Source of the DNA: Gonapodya sp. JEL0774
Taxonomy: Eukaryota
Assembly (NCBI GenBank): GCA_027604505.1
Contig: JADIIX010000030.1
Location: 1 to 64,000 of the forward strand
Direction: 5' to 3'
Length of the DNA: 64,000 bases
Positions 47,392 to 58,600 of the stretch are shown here, one piece after another. The position numbers and the translations under genes are program-made. Under the pieces are notes generated by a model that was given only the letters and a program-made list of their open reading frames with translations, was not told the DNA's origin and did not search any database. Every line of letters starts with the position of its first letter. Within the stretch, counting starts at the first letter, position 1.

Positions 47392-49731
47392 ATGTCTTCC
47401 TCAAATGTAATCGCGCCATTACTTCCCACTTTTCCATTTAATGCTCGGACTGTGATAGGCGCCCGCGTCCGTGTAGGCGACAACTTCGCGACTATCCGCT
47501 ATGTTGGTCCGGTCCCAGCGAACTCCAAGTCCTTGTGGTATGGTCTCGAATGGGACGATCCGATCAGAGGAAAACACGACGGATCGCATGAGGGTATCCG
47601 CTATTTTTCGACACACTCCAAGCACCCCACTGCCGCCTCTTTTGTCAAAGTCGGCGGTACGGTTGCCGTCGATTTTGGACGTGGGTTTCTGGAGGCTTTG
47701 TTGGAAAAGTATGCCGTTGGGATAACAGACGCGGCGGCGATTCAACTCTCCTCCACCTATCCAACTGTAAGCTCCCTCGCGGAGCGAGTCGAGCGGCCCT
47801 CAAGTCTAGATGTGGAAGAATCTGGAGCGATTGCACCGAAAGAATTACCGGGCAGTTGGAAAGGTAACCTTTCCTCTTCATCACAGTCTGCATCTGCAAT
47901 GCTGCTCCCACTATCACAGCATACTGGGCCGGATACCGTCAGGCCCACGTTATCACTGTCCACGGACAAATCTCTACCCCTTTGGCTCCGTGGTGTGGGC
48001 TCTTGGGGTGGAAAAGACGTCGAACTCGTTGGATGGTCGAAGGTCGAACACCAACTATCCAATATACAGCTACTCACCGACGTGGGACTGGCTGGTGCAC
48101 GAATCGCAGGGCTGTATCACTCTGATGCTTTGATGCAGCCCCTTGTAAAAGTCGGCACTTCAGCGCCATATGACATGGGCGACTTGTCTGCCAGCGGAGA
48201 AACCTCAACATCACAAGACGCTGCAAGCTGTGGCAATGGTAATGTTGGGGACTCCGATGACTCTTCCAACCTTCTTCTCCGCTTGGCTCCGAATGTTCGT
48301 GAGCTTGACCTGTCACGCAATCTTCTATCTTCATGGCATTCCGTCGCCGCCATTGCCGCGCAATTGCGGGGGCTCGAATTGCTTAGGTTGGCTGGAAACA
48401 GGCTCGAGCCCTTGTACACAAGAGATATTGATATATCTGCGAGCACTGAAACCAAGTCCCTCTGTAAATCCTTCCCCCGGCTTGCAACTCTCGAAATTGG
48501 CAACAATGCTATCAAGACATGGTCTCAAGTTTTTGCCATCGGTGACATCATGCCAGCACTAAAGGAGCTTTATTTGGGGTTTAATGAATTGGAGACTCCC
48601 GGACTTCATTGGGAAGGAGGGGACGATGGTGCCACCACAGACGACAACGGGGAGAGTCATAAAAGAACCCCTCACCACTCCAGCGATGTTCATCGAATCC
48701 AACATTCACCCGCCTCGCCCAGTTTCTCCTCGCTTATTCTTGCATCATTGCCCCATCTGCGACATCTTAACATCGAACACAACTGCCTGAGTCGTTTCCC
48801 TTGGTCTCTTGCACACCACCCCACCCTCGAAGTACTCGCAGTGCAGAGAAATAAAATAGAGGGGCTGGAGTGGCCGAAGAACGAACCGGAGACTGCGTTA
48901 CTGTTTCCAGCTTTGAAATCGCTCAATATTTCTGACAATGAGCTTAAGGAGTGGACAGACTTGACACCTCTTGCCCGCTTTACGAACCTTGTAGATCTTC
49001 GCATCCGACGAAATCCATTCCTTGTTTCACCGCCCTTCATGCCTGCCCACGTTCCTATGGCCCAGGCCAACCAAGCATCCTCGACTGCCTCCCAGGACGA
49101 CCAACGGGCGCTGGTCCTTGCCAGAATAGGTACCGTGAAGATTCTGAATGGATCAATCGTGGGAGAGGTGGAGAGGAGAGATGCTGAGAGGTGGTACTTG
49201 GCGAAATGTGGGCTGGAGTTGGCAGGATGCTTGGCAGAGACTGTAGTTGGAACAGAACCTCTTTCTGGGGCGGCGAAGGGCTGGACTGGAGATCTCCCCA
49301 CTTCCGAGGATCAAGTTCCTCCTGATTCCGCCTCCCGTGCTGCCTGGCACGCTTTCCTCTTCCGTCATTCGCGTTACCCTTCCCTGTGTGGCCTCCATGG
49401 CCCTCCGGCTGCAACACCCAGTAGTCAAAACTCCATTGCTTCAGGGGGGTCGCTTAAAGGGCGAATGGTGACACTTAAAATTTTAAGGGAAGGAAAGGAT
49501 ATTGTGGAGAGGAAAGTGGTTCCAACAATGACCGTCAGGACAATAAGGCAAGTTGTTGGGAAGGCTGTGCTGGGAGTTGGGGATAGAAGCAAGAAAGGCT
49601 GGGCTGTATTGGTGAGAGCACCTCAAGAACTGCAATCTGATGGCGAGTGGGTGGAAATTGAGGATGAATTGAGAGAGCTAAGGTTCTATGGTGTTGGGGA
49701 TGGCTGGGAGGTGAGACTGGTGTGGAAATGA
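47392..49731 (+). CDS. TBCE: Tubulin-specific chaperone E (CAP-Gly, LRR, ubiquitin-like), intronless
   Basis: CAP-Gly TIRYVGPV...WYGLEWDDPIRGKHDG, LRRs (LDLSRNLL, LRLAGNRL, LNISDNEL), LNGSIVGEVERRDAERWYL and a C-terminal UBL ending ELRFYGVGDG. Confidence 0.95.
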   Translation: MSSSNVIAPLLPTFPFNARTVIGARVRVGDNFATIRYVGPVPANSKSLWYGLEWDDPIRGKHDGSHEGIRYFSTHSKHPTAASFVKVGGTVAVDFGRGFLEALLEKYAVGITDAAAIQLSSTYPTVSSLAERVERPSSLDVEESGAIAPKELPGSWKGNLSSSSQSASAMLLPLSQHTGPDTVRPTLSLSTDKSLPLWLRGVGSWGGKDVELVGWSKVEHQLSNIQLLTDVGLAGARIAGLYHSDALMQPLVKVGTSAPYDMGDLSASGETSTSQDAASCGNGNVGDSDDSSNLLLRLAPNVRELDLSRNLLSSWHSVAAIAAQLRGLELLRLAGNRLEPLYTRDIDISASTETKSLCKSFPRLATLEIGNNAIKTWSQVFAIGDIMPALKELYLGFNELETPGLHWEGGDDGATTDDNGESHKRTPHHSSDVHRIQHSPASPSFSSLILASLPHLRHLNIEHNCLSRFPWSLAHHPTLEVLAVQRNKIEGLEWPKNEPETALLFPALKSLNISDNELKEWTDLTPLARFTNLVDLRIRRNPFLVSPPFMPAHVPMAQANQASSTASQDDQRALVLARIGTVKILNGSIVGEVERRDAERWYLAKCGLELAGCLAETVVGTEPLSGAAKGWTGDLPTSEDQVPPDSASRAAWHAFLFRHSRYPSLCGLHGPPAATPSSQNSIASGGSLKGRMVTLKILREGKDIVERKVVPTMTVRTIRQVVGKAVLGVGDRSKKGWAVLVRAPQELQSDGEWVEIEDELRELRFYGVGDGWEVRLVWK

Positions 49732-49914
49732 ACGGATTGGAGAAGGGTCGGAGGATGGTTTAGAAGTCTAGGAAATGTTATTGGAGGTTTATTACCGCAG
49801 AACAATGTTTTGGGGTGAGTGATTTCGATGTAAATGTTAATACAAGTATGTCCCGGACCCTGGCGGAACCTCCGCATCGATCATTGAACATCCCCGCGAT
49901 ACCCGCCCTCACTG

Positions 49915-51582
49915 ATGGGCTCCAGCTCTTCCAAAACCAAAACCACAGACAACAAGGGATCTATCGCTCATTTGGAGGATAATGCAAGTGGGGGCTCCGA
50001 GGCAGAGAGGCACTCAAAGTTTGCAAGATGTGGGTTGCCAAGATGTGGAAGGACGGATGGATATGCAGTGGATGGATTGAAGAAGCTTTCATAGTGCACG
50101 GGCTGCAACGAACAAATTAATTGCAAATGCTATCTCGATTGAATGAAGGGGAGTGCGTTGTGGAATGTGCGACAAACTCAAATAATTGCTAGCGTTCAGA
50201 GGCTCGAACAGAGTTCTGGATGTCTGCACCATTGAACTGCACAAGGAATGGTGCGACCTTGGATGGATAGAGCTTGAGTGGTGCATGGCACGTTGTTCTT
50301 ACGTCGCCCCTCGGGAGAGGCGTCCAGACAGCGATGTATCGACGTTCAAGCAGGCACATGGGAGTTTGTGAACGGCTCACGCGAGCGTGAATAGATCGTG
50401 CTAAGCTACAGAGTAATCTTGTGTCTCCACTATCCGTCGTAGTCAACGGCATTGAGTTCAAGAAGATAAAGGCGGATTTTGAGCGGAAATCCTCCAACAA
50501 TAGCGACCCGCGTGTTATAACAAAGGAACAATTTAAAGACGTGAGTGCGGACAGTGGTTGGGTGTAGTGTTTGCAAACATCGCAGCAGGATTTCTTCCTA
50601 ACATCCCACACAACAAACACACCTGAATTGAACACTATTGCGAAGACCATTGCCTCTCATCTCACTGCCTTCCCGACCTACGCCCAGCGGGTTTTTCTGG
50701 AACGGCTTTTCGATGCATTCGATGAGGATGGATCCCAGTCCATAGATTTAATGGAGTTCATGGAGGGTTTAGCAGTTTTTTTGAAAGGAACGACGGAAGA
50801 AAAGCTTGAGCGTGAGTGATTGGTTGCATACTCTTGGAGTTGGAGTTGTGTGTGTATAGCTGATTGCCTGGAGTCATCTACACTGTTTCGTTGTTTCGTT
50901 GAAGTTTCGTTTAAACTTTACGATATAAACAAAGACGGAGAGATCACACGGACGGAGCTGACGGGGACGTTGGTGAACATGGTGAGACGAGATCCATCAC
51001 TACCCTCAGCAGTGGGGAGTTGTTACTGACCATACGCGTTCTGATTCACGGCAATATCAGCTCAGCAGTATGTATCCCGATGAAGACCCCACTGTAAAAG
51101 TTAACGAAATGGTGGGACGTTTGTTTGATGATTTGGATATCGACGGAAACGGACAGCTGGTAAATGCCCATTTTCTGTTGTTAAGTGGAGCGACAGTTGA
51201 TTTCTGCGTTCTTCATTGCACCACGACTTTACACCAGTCGCTCGATGAATTCAAATTATCTGGCTTGAAGGAGCCACTTATTGTCGATTTCCTTGACCAA
51301 TTTCTGGAGCCTCGAGAAGACCAAATTGAGACAGTAGGCGAAATGGGACCCCTCGTCGTCCCTGAGGTGTCCATTGAACAGCGAACTCGATCTAGTCGGT
51401 CCGTCATCTCTCTCGACGGTTCCAACCTTATAAAAACTGTCACCGCCAGCACCACCCCTCGACTGCATTCGAGGGGCGATGTGTCAGTGGTGGACGCGCC
51501 AGGGAAATGGGGAGGAGGAAGGGCCACGGATTCAAAGCCTACCCAGGCGGGGAATAATGCAGATGTGTCAGGGGATCAGTAA
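49915..51582 (+). CDS. Neuronal-calcium-sensor/calcineurin-B-like EF-hand protein with N-myristoylation signal
   Basis: Exon 1 begins MGSSSSK (MGxxxS). EF loops are DEDGSQSIDLME, DINKDGEITRTE and DIDGNGQLSLDE, with LKGTTEEKLE...SFKLYD. Confidence 0.88.
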
Positions 51583-51617
51583 TCGTTGTAATTTTGATGT
51601 ATCGATTATCTCTGTAT

Positions 51618-54483
51618 TTACACCGCCGTTGGAAAGAGTTTTCTGAATACGTCGATTATCTCTCCTCGTTCTCCCTGAAGCAAGCGTCCTAGCGAAGTCC
51701 TCATGATACCCAAAGCTGTCTCACGTGCTAACGGAGAGACGGCCCACGCAGCTTTTCGGCCCATGTCTCCTGTTTGTGGAGTAGCTACGGCTCCCGCTGC
51801 AATAGCAGCGAGTTGACTGGTTTCCACAGCAATTTCATTTACTTCCAGGACCTCTCGTTTCCTAGACAAGCATTCGCACAGAAGAGCTTCCTGCAGAAGA
51901 CGGCGTGGTTGGCTTGTGTATTCGAAAAGGTCACCAATGATTCGCACCTCATGTTCATTTAATGGATCTGCGTGAGCGTTGTTCATGAGAAATTCTCGGA
52001 GGAACAGGAACTTCGCTTTCAAAACGGGGCACGGGCAGGCGGTTTCCAGAAGCGCAGTGAAACCAGGATCCAGGAATATGTCAGCCATGGGTTGAGGAAC
52101 GAACAATTGTCGAGGGCTGGTAGCATAGATGGGAGAACAATTGACAACCATGGGGTCACCGCAGTGGAGCATTCAACGCACTCGAATCTATCCATCAAGT
52201 CTAACGCAATAGGCACAGGCAGCGTGTCGTGGCTGATAATATCCAATGGAGACACTTCACTGACGGGGCTTGGTAAAGAGTCAATCGTTGATACTGCGGG
52301 TTTTGGAGGGGCGGGAAGGATTCCTAAACCGAGATTCCACCTGAGGTGCCAGCAAACGGTTGAAACCAGAAGGAGGAGGGGGTGGCGAAGTAACGGAGAT
52401 AGTGGAGCGCAGACATACTAACGCATATTCTGGGACATTGCCATTATTAACCGCCGCCACTATCTCCGGGGTTGCAACTTGAGGGGCAAGGAAATCGAAC
52501 ATATCGAGTATTGTTGGGTTAAACGTTTGCCAACTGGGGAAGTTGGAATAATCATATCGCCTGTAATAATTTTCAAACACGTTCCAGACACGCACATCCA
52601 GCAACTGTGAATGTTCCAAAGAAAATTTGATCACTCACTGATCTATGTGGTCATGGGTATACCTCGGCACGCCAGAAGATTTCGATTGCTTTGGGGGAAG
52701 CGGCGAGAACACTGGCCGCGTCGTCAGAGTGGGGCCTGTTGGTGGCGGGGTTAGAGCCCCTCTCCCTGACCAACTTCGCCCCTCAGGAATGTCAACCTGA
52801 TGCGGCAGCAATCGCGGCTGCTTGGAACCAGCTAAGGCGAGCATGTTAACGCCACTTAAACTAGATTGTCCAAATTCGGCCAACTGCGACGGGGCAGAAG
52901 CCGCATTTGGGGCCCTTCCAAGTAGTCGAGGCTGCATCAGCGTGTCGTGGCCGGTGTGGAGTTCCTCCCGTGAACTTTTTTGAATGTACCCGTTTCCTGC
53001 GTCCATCTGGAAGAGCCAAGATTCTTGACGGGGTTGATTGGTGTAACCAACCGCTACCGGCATAGCCACAGATGACTGGTTGGATTCGCGACCACTGCTT
53101 GTCCTAAATCCAACAGCAGAAGCTCCAATAGCCACCGCTGTAGAGGGACTTTGATTCATGGACATTAGTGCTGTGCGTGGATGATCAAGATTAGGATTCG
53201 TTGGTCCCGAAAGTATTGCAGGACCATGCCTGACGGAACTTCTTGCTCCAAAACTGGAGGGTTGGTGCATGTTCATTTGTAGCGCAGATTGACTTGCAGT
53301 TCTAATCGTTGGGACCTGACCACTTCCACTTGGACCTACTGGGAGCTTAATTCCTGGAAGTTTGGTTAACTCAAATGGCGCCACTTCATGCATGGCATGA
53401 GTTCCCGCAGAGTCTATTCCTCCCACAGCGGTGGTTGGTTTGGCAATCCCATTCGGGACGGTCGTCGGATGCGAGAACTGCTGTCGCTCGTGCCCTGACG
53501 TTGATAACGAGCTCGCAGGAGATGGACCCAGCGATTGAACAGTTACCGCTGTCGGAGCATCATTCACACGAGAAAGGTGTACAGAGGAGCTCCAGGAGTA
53601 AGCACTGGTGGTGGGTCCAGAAGGGGCAGCTGGTCCACCAAAGATTCGGCTGTTGCCATCACCAAGCGATCCGTCTGTACACCTTGAGATATCCACAGCA
53701 CGACCAGCAAGAGTTGCTAAGATCTTGTCAATATCTGCATGGGCAACCAGCAAGATCTTTGAAGGTTGGTGGTCCTGTTGACTTATGGCACTTAAAGCGT
53801 CAACGGGGTTATCGGGCAGCACGACTGTTCGAACCACCCGAAAGACACAGACAAGTCAAAGCTAGCATCAAAGCTTTTGAGTGATCATAACTATCAGGGA
53901 GACTCACGATTATCCTCCATCTTAACGCTCTTCACCTCTCTCAAGACACGAACTTCCGTTTGCAGGGTTGACACCATCTCGGCTAAGTTTTTGTTCGTGG
54001 AAAGAAGCTGCGCTTTCTGCTCCGTCAGCTGTGAAACCTGCTCTTGCAGGGTCGCAAGTTGATTCTCCTTTCTCTGGCGCCAAGCTTTCTGGGCCTTGCG
54101 GTTCTGCTCTCTATCGAGCGGAGGTCAACCACCAGTCAACATTCGAAGTGAAAATTGTGATGTCAAGTAACTCTTCTGCCAAAATTTACTCACTTGCGCC
54201 GATCTTCCTCGTCCGAAATTGAAGGTCCACTTTCAGACTTCCTTCCCTTGAAGGAGTCCACAATCTCACCCGCTATGTCGTTTTAAACACGCAGAGCAAG
54301 AGCTCACCCTTCTGACCGATCGAAGTTCCTCTGGTATGATGTGTAGATCCTGTCAATATGGTTCCTCCACTGGAATCACCACCGATCCACGGAATTACCT
54401 TGCCCTCCCTCCACCTGCATAGACTCTCCTTTTTCATCATCTTCAAATTCGTCGTAGCTGCCTTTTCCTCTTTGCCGTTTCAT
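51618..54483 (-). CDS. bZIP transcription factor (Yap/AP-1-like basic region) with a disordered middle and a helical C-terminal domain
   Basis: Spliced EEDRRK|EQNRKAQKAWRQRKENQLATLQEQVSQLTEQKAQLLSTNKNLAEMVSTL has NxxAQxxxRxRK plus heptad leucines. It joins ORFs 52635..53837, 52281..52634 and 51618..52172. Confidence 0.88.
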
Positions 54484-54702
54484 TGCAAACCAAGCGAGCA
54501 CGGTATCCACAACCAATTCATTGGGCGATCTTGCTCATCCTCCAGCCACACCCCAACACACCCCGACCATCAGGAGTCGTCGACCAAAGCCTTATGCAAC
54601 ACCGAAGACTAGTGCACCGTTTCGAACTGTCATTATTCTCTACATACAATTGCAGATACGTAGGAGCAGTATAACTGCCGTACATACTTTGAAGACCCTT
54701 AA

Positions 54703-55501
54703 CTAAACGGCATCCGATGACAACTCTACATAGTCATGGGAGCCTAAACCCTCCCTTCCAAACGGGACAAAGTCCGCGAGAAGTTTTTGTTTGATAAAGC
54801 CGTGGCGTTCGACAAAAAACTCCAGTGCTGCAACTTCTGACACGGGAACCTGGCAAACAAGCTCAACAGGTGGCTGAGAATGTGCGCTGCGGGCATGTTT
54901 TCGAATGTGTTGGAGGAGATCTGATGCTGTTGTTGAAAGTCATTTGCTTCGTTTGAATGAAAAAGCAGAGACCGAAGACAACCACACTCACCCACACCCA
55001 GTCGTCGATACGGCTTTAACACAACCAAGGACGATATTACAATACGAGATTTCGCACCAGAGCTTGCGGCTGCAATCTCTCGCTTGCACACAATGGAACC
55101 AACACATACATCATTGAAGAACGCTATAGACGTCATTGTGGGAGCAATGTTATTGTAAGAATTCGTCAGCGTCCAGTTAGATGGCTTTCAGGTTAGTGCC
55201 CACTGATTTTGAATCCGTTGCATGTAGGACAGTATCACCTCGTTTCAATTGCTCCACTTTTGACGAATATGATTCCACATGCCCATTTCGCTCGAGCCAC
55301 GGGAAACTCACCCAACTTTACCATCTCTCCTGCATCAAGGGCTTCTTTATGCCATCGTTCATTCCACTTCCGAGCAGAGGCCGCTTCTAAAACAACCAGC
55401 AGCTTTTTGTTGTTGGGGGTCAGATCAGCAAGCGTGATTCGCGAAAGACGAACACGAGGCTTGGAATAGCCATTAGCATCGTGGGGAGGTGCGGGCGCCA
55501 T
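54703..55501 (-). CDS. NAA50: GNAT N-alpha-acetyltransferase 50 (Nat5)-like, divergent; 3 exons
   Basis: RITLADLTPNNKKLL, GEMVKLAFFNDVCVGSIVCK, LKPYRRLGVAS and ALEFF...HGF align with Naa50 (RIELGDVTPHN, GELAKLAYFNDIAVGAVCC, LAPYRRLGIG). Confidence 0.82.
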
Positions 55502-55641
55502 CGGGTATCGAATTTCAGTATGTACGTCTCCTTATTTAACAAAGTGGTTTTTGGATCCCAGCCAGTTTGAGCCGGCCGGCCGTTGCCCGCCCCGCGAAGT
55601 GATCGTTCCTTGCCCACCACCGTTCCCAAAGTCCCCATCGC

Positions 55642-58600
55642 ATGGCACCACTTGGAGGGGACCGCAAGATTGCAGCGGTTATTCATAGGTCTGTTTCCAT
55701 TCGTATATTTCCTTCCCTCCGTGCATTAATACATCGGGAGTATTCTCCCTCACCTTCAATGTGACCTTTCCAAACCCTACCATTTGTTTTCACGGATTCC
55801 GACCTCTGATCTCACACTCACCCTGTTATCATACTGCTACATCTATTGTATACGCTTGCATTTGATCCACCTACTGTTGCTCTGTCCGGTTCCCATAACA
55901 TGAAGACATGTATTTGGCCTCAATTCTTCGATCCTCGCGCCAAAGGTCCATATCGTCGAAGATGTACTCTCGGGCACCTCTTTACTGTACGCTGTCGGAT
56001 CAAATCTCGTCCTGAATCACATCAATGCAAAGAAGCAATCATTCTTGCCCCTGAGCTTGGCGTACTCCTCCCAAGGGCAACCTTCGCTCTCTGGAAAGCA
56101 GGATGAGAAGGAAGCTGTCATTCCGATTAAAGGTGTAGATGGGCTGCAGGATCAAAATATGGACAGTTTGGAAGGAAAGAGTGCACAGGATGTAAAAGGA
56201 GATCCGACTGTAGGCGAACTCGCAAAACCACAGGTAGACAGGGCTTCAACACCAACGCGAGGACAAGAAACAGATGCTTCCAAGATGGGAGTTAGCCCGC
56301 CATATAATTCCAAGGAAACGATTACAGATGGAATCACAGCCACCTTTGTCTCAGCCAACTACCGCTTCGTTGCAATTGCCACCCGGTCCCGTTTGCGTTT
56401 GTCTGGTACACCACTTCCTCCTGAAATATCAATATTTGACCTACAGACTATGCGTCTTCGACGTACAATTCAGCCTCTCGGAGATACCATTGTTGGCCGT
56501 GAATTCGTATCTGTGTGCATGTCGGCAGACAACAAACTTCTTGTTGCAGCAACCGGTACACCTGACTGGAGAGTTTGCACGTGGTCTGTGGACTCAGGGC
56601 GCTTCTTGGCCGTCGCCACGACGGAAGACATTGCCAAGACTCTACCAGGGCAAATTGTCGCGTTCAGCTCTGCAAACGCGGAGCGGCCCGCAGACAGCCA
56701 AGCAAGACCGGCGCCTCTTAGTAGACCATCAACTCTATCCGAGTCTACATCGCTGACTGAAACGGAGCGGCGTCGTAGTAGTCGCTTCCTTGTAGCAAAT
56801 GCTGCTGCGCACGAACCAGTAACGCCATCTGTCACCAAGGTCAGCATGAATCCTCTGGATGTAAGCATGCTGATAGTTTCTGGTCCAAACATATTCCGTG
56901 TTCTGAGACTAGAGACTTCTGGTGGCTTCAGAGTGGTTCCAACAGATGGTGTTGCTCAGGAAGGCAAGGTTGGTTCTTACAGGGAGGAGTGTTTTGTGAG
57001 GATGGTGACCTTTGAACTCCGTCATGACTTGTGTTATGGTATGTTAGACCTTCCTTTCGCATTCCTGGCATCCATCTCGACTCGCTCTTGTGGCCACCAC
57101 TTCAAAATCCGACCTTCTCATTCTATCGATTCCCCGACCGACATCTTCCACGCAAAGGCTCATGTTAGTTAGAGACATTCGACTCCAACAACCCGCCTAC
57201 AGTACTGCAAGTCTTCCTTCAGGTTTTGCGACAGGATCAGCAGATGGGACAGTGACACTTTGGGACTGGAACCCTCCCAAGAACGTTGTCCAAAAACCTG
57301 TTACAGCGGTAGCTCCTGGCGAGATTATCCCTGACAATGCGACCATTGACGTTACACAAGTGTCAGCCCCGGAGAACCAAGACTTCGTCGACTACTCTAA
57401 GATTCAGCCTATACGTGCGTGGTCCGCCGGCGACGAAGGTTCCTCAACCTCCCCTGTACTTGATTTATCCGTCACGAAAGATGGATTGCAACTGGTTTGC
57501 TGCCTCGGTGACAACAGCATAAAGGGTTTTGATTTGGTGGTACCCGCTAACCGAGACATCAGAGTGGTGTCTGGTAAACCACCTGGGGCAGATCCTGTCG
57601 TGATTGTGGACGGAGAGAATCGCCCAAGCCTGGAGAGCGGTGTCTCTGTGAACTATGCTCCACATCTCGCTTTCCATTTGCCCAATCACTCGCAATCCAT
57701 CACTTCATTGTCAATTGCCGTGAGGAAGCCTCTTGTTGCCACATCTTCGGGTGACCGCACGGTCCGGGTCTGGAACTACCTGGACCCCTATGCACCATCA
57801 ATCTACAGAAAGTTCGCGGATGACGCCTTCTCTGTTGCTATGCATCCTTCGGGGATGTATCTTGCAGTGGCATTCATGGACAGGGTGCGCTTACTTGCCG
57901 TAACCGTCGATGACCTTCGCCAGGTGCATGAATTTGCTGTCAGGGGATGCCGAGAATGTGTTTTCAGCCCTGGAGGCCAGTTCCTCGCACTAGCATATGG
58001 CACTAGTCCAGGTACCATACAAATTCATGATGCCTGGAGCTGGGCTCGCTTGTCGATGTTCCGGGGACACTCAGGAAAAGTCAAGTCAATTGCGTTTGCG
58101 GCAGACGACCGGTTCCTCATCACCGCTGGAACAGACGGACTTGTTTACGGTTGGGAATGGAAAATCGCGAAACGGGTTGGAGAAGTTGTCATCAAAGGTG
58201 CCCAGTGGGTGAACGTTGTGGTCGCCCCTCCCTCAGTCGCTGCTCCCAAGGTCCGCCCTCAGTCTCCGGCTGCTGCCGAGTTAAGTACACATGCAACTAA
58301 AGGGGTCGGCAGAATCGATGACTTGCACGGTGTTGGTGGTACAGAGACGGAATCGATGCAGCCAAATACTGTCTGGGCCCACGTGTTTGGAGTTACCTCA
58401 GATCGTCTGATCAGGGTAAGTTTATTTCACCACGGTCTAATATCCCAGTAGTGGGACATATGATTTGATGTTTGTGTGTTGCAGGAAATCGCAGACATGC
58501 AAGTTGTCCGTGAGATCTCCGCCGATGTGTCCCCGTCCCAGTTGGTCATCTCTCAAACTGGAACGAGCATGATTGTAGGAACTGTTGGTGGGACTATCCG

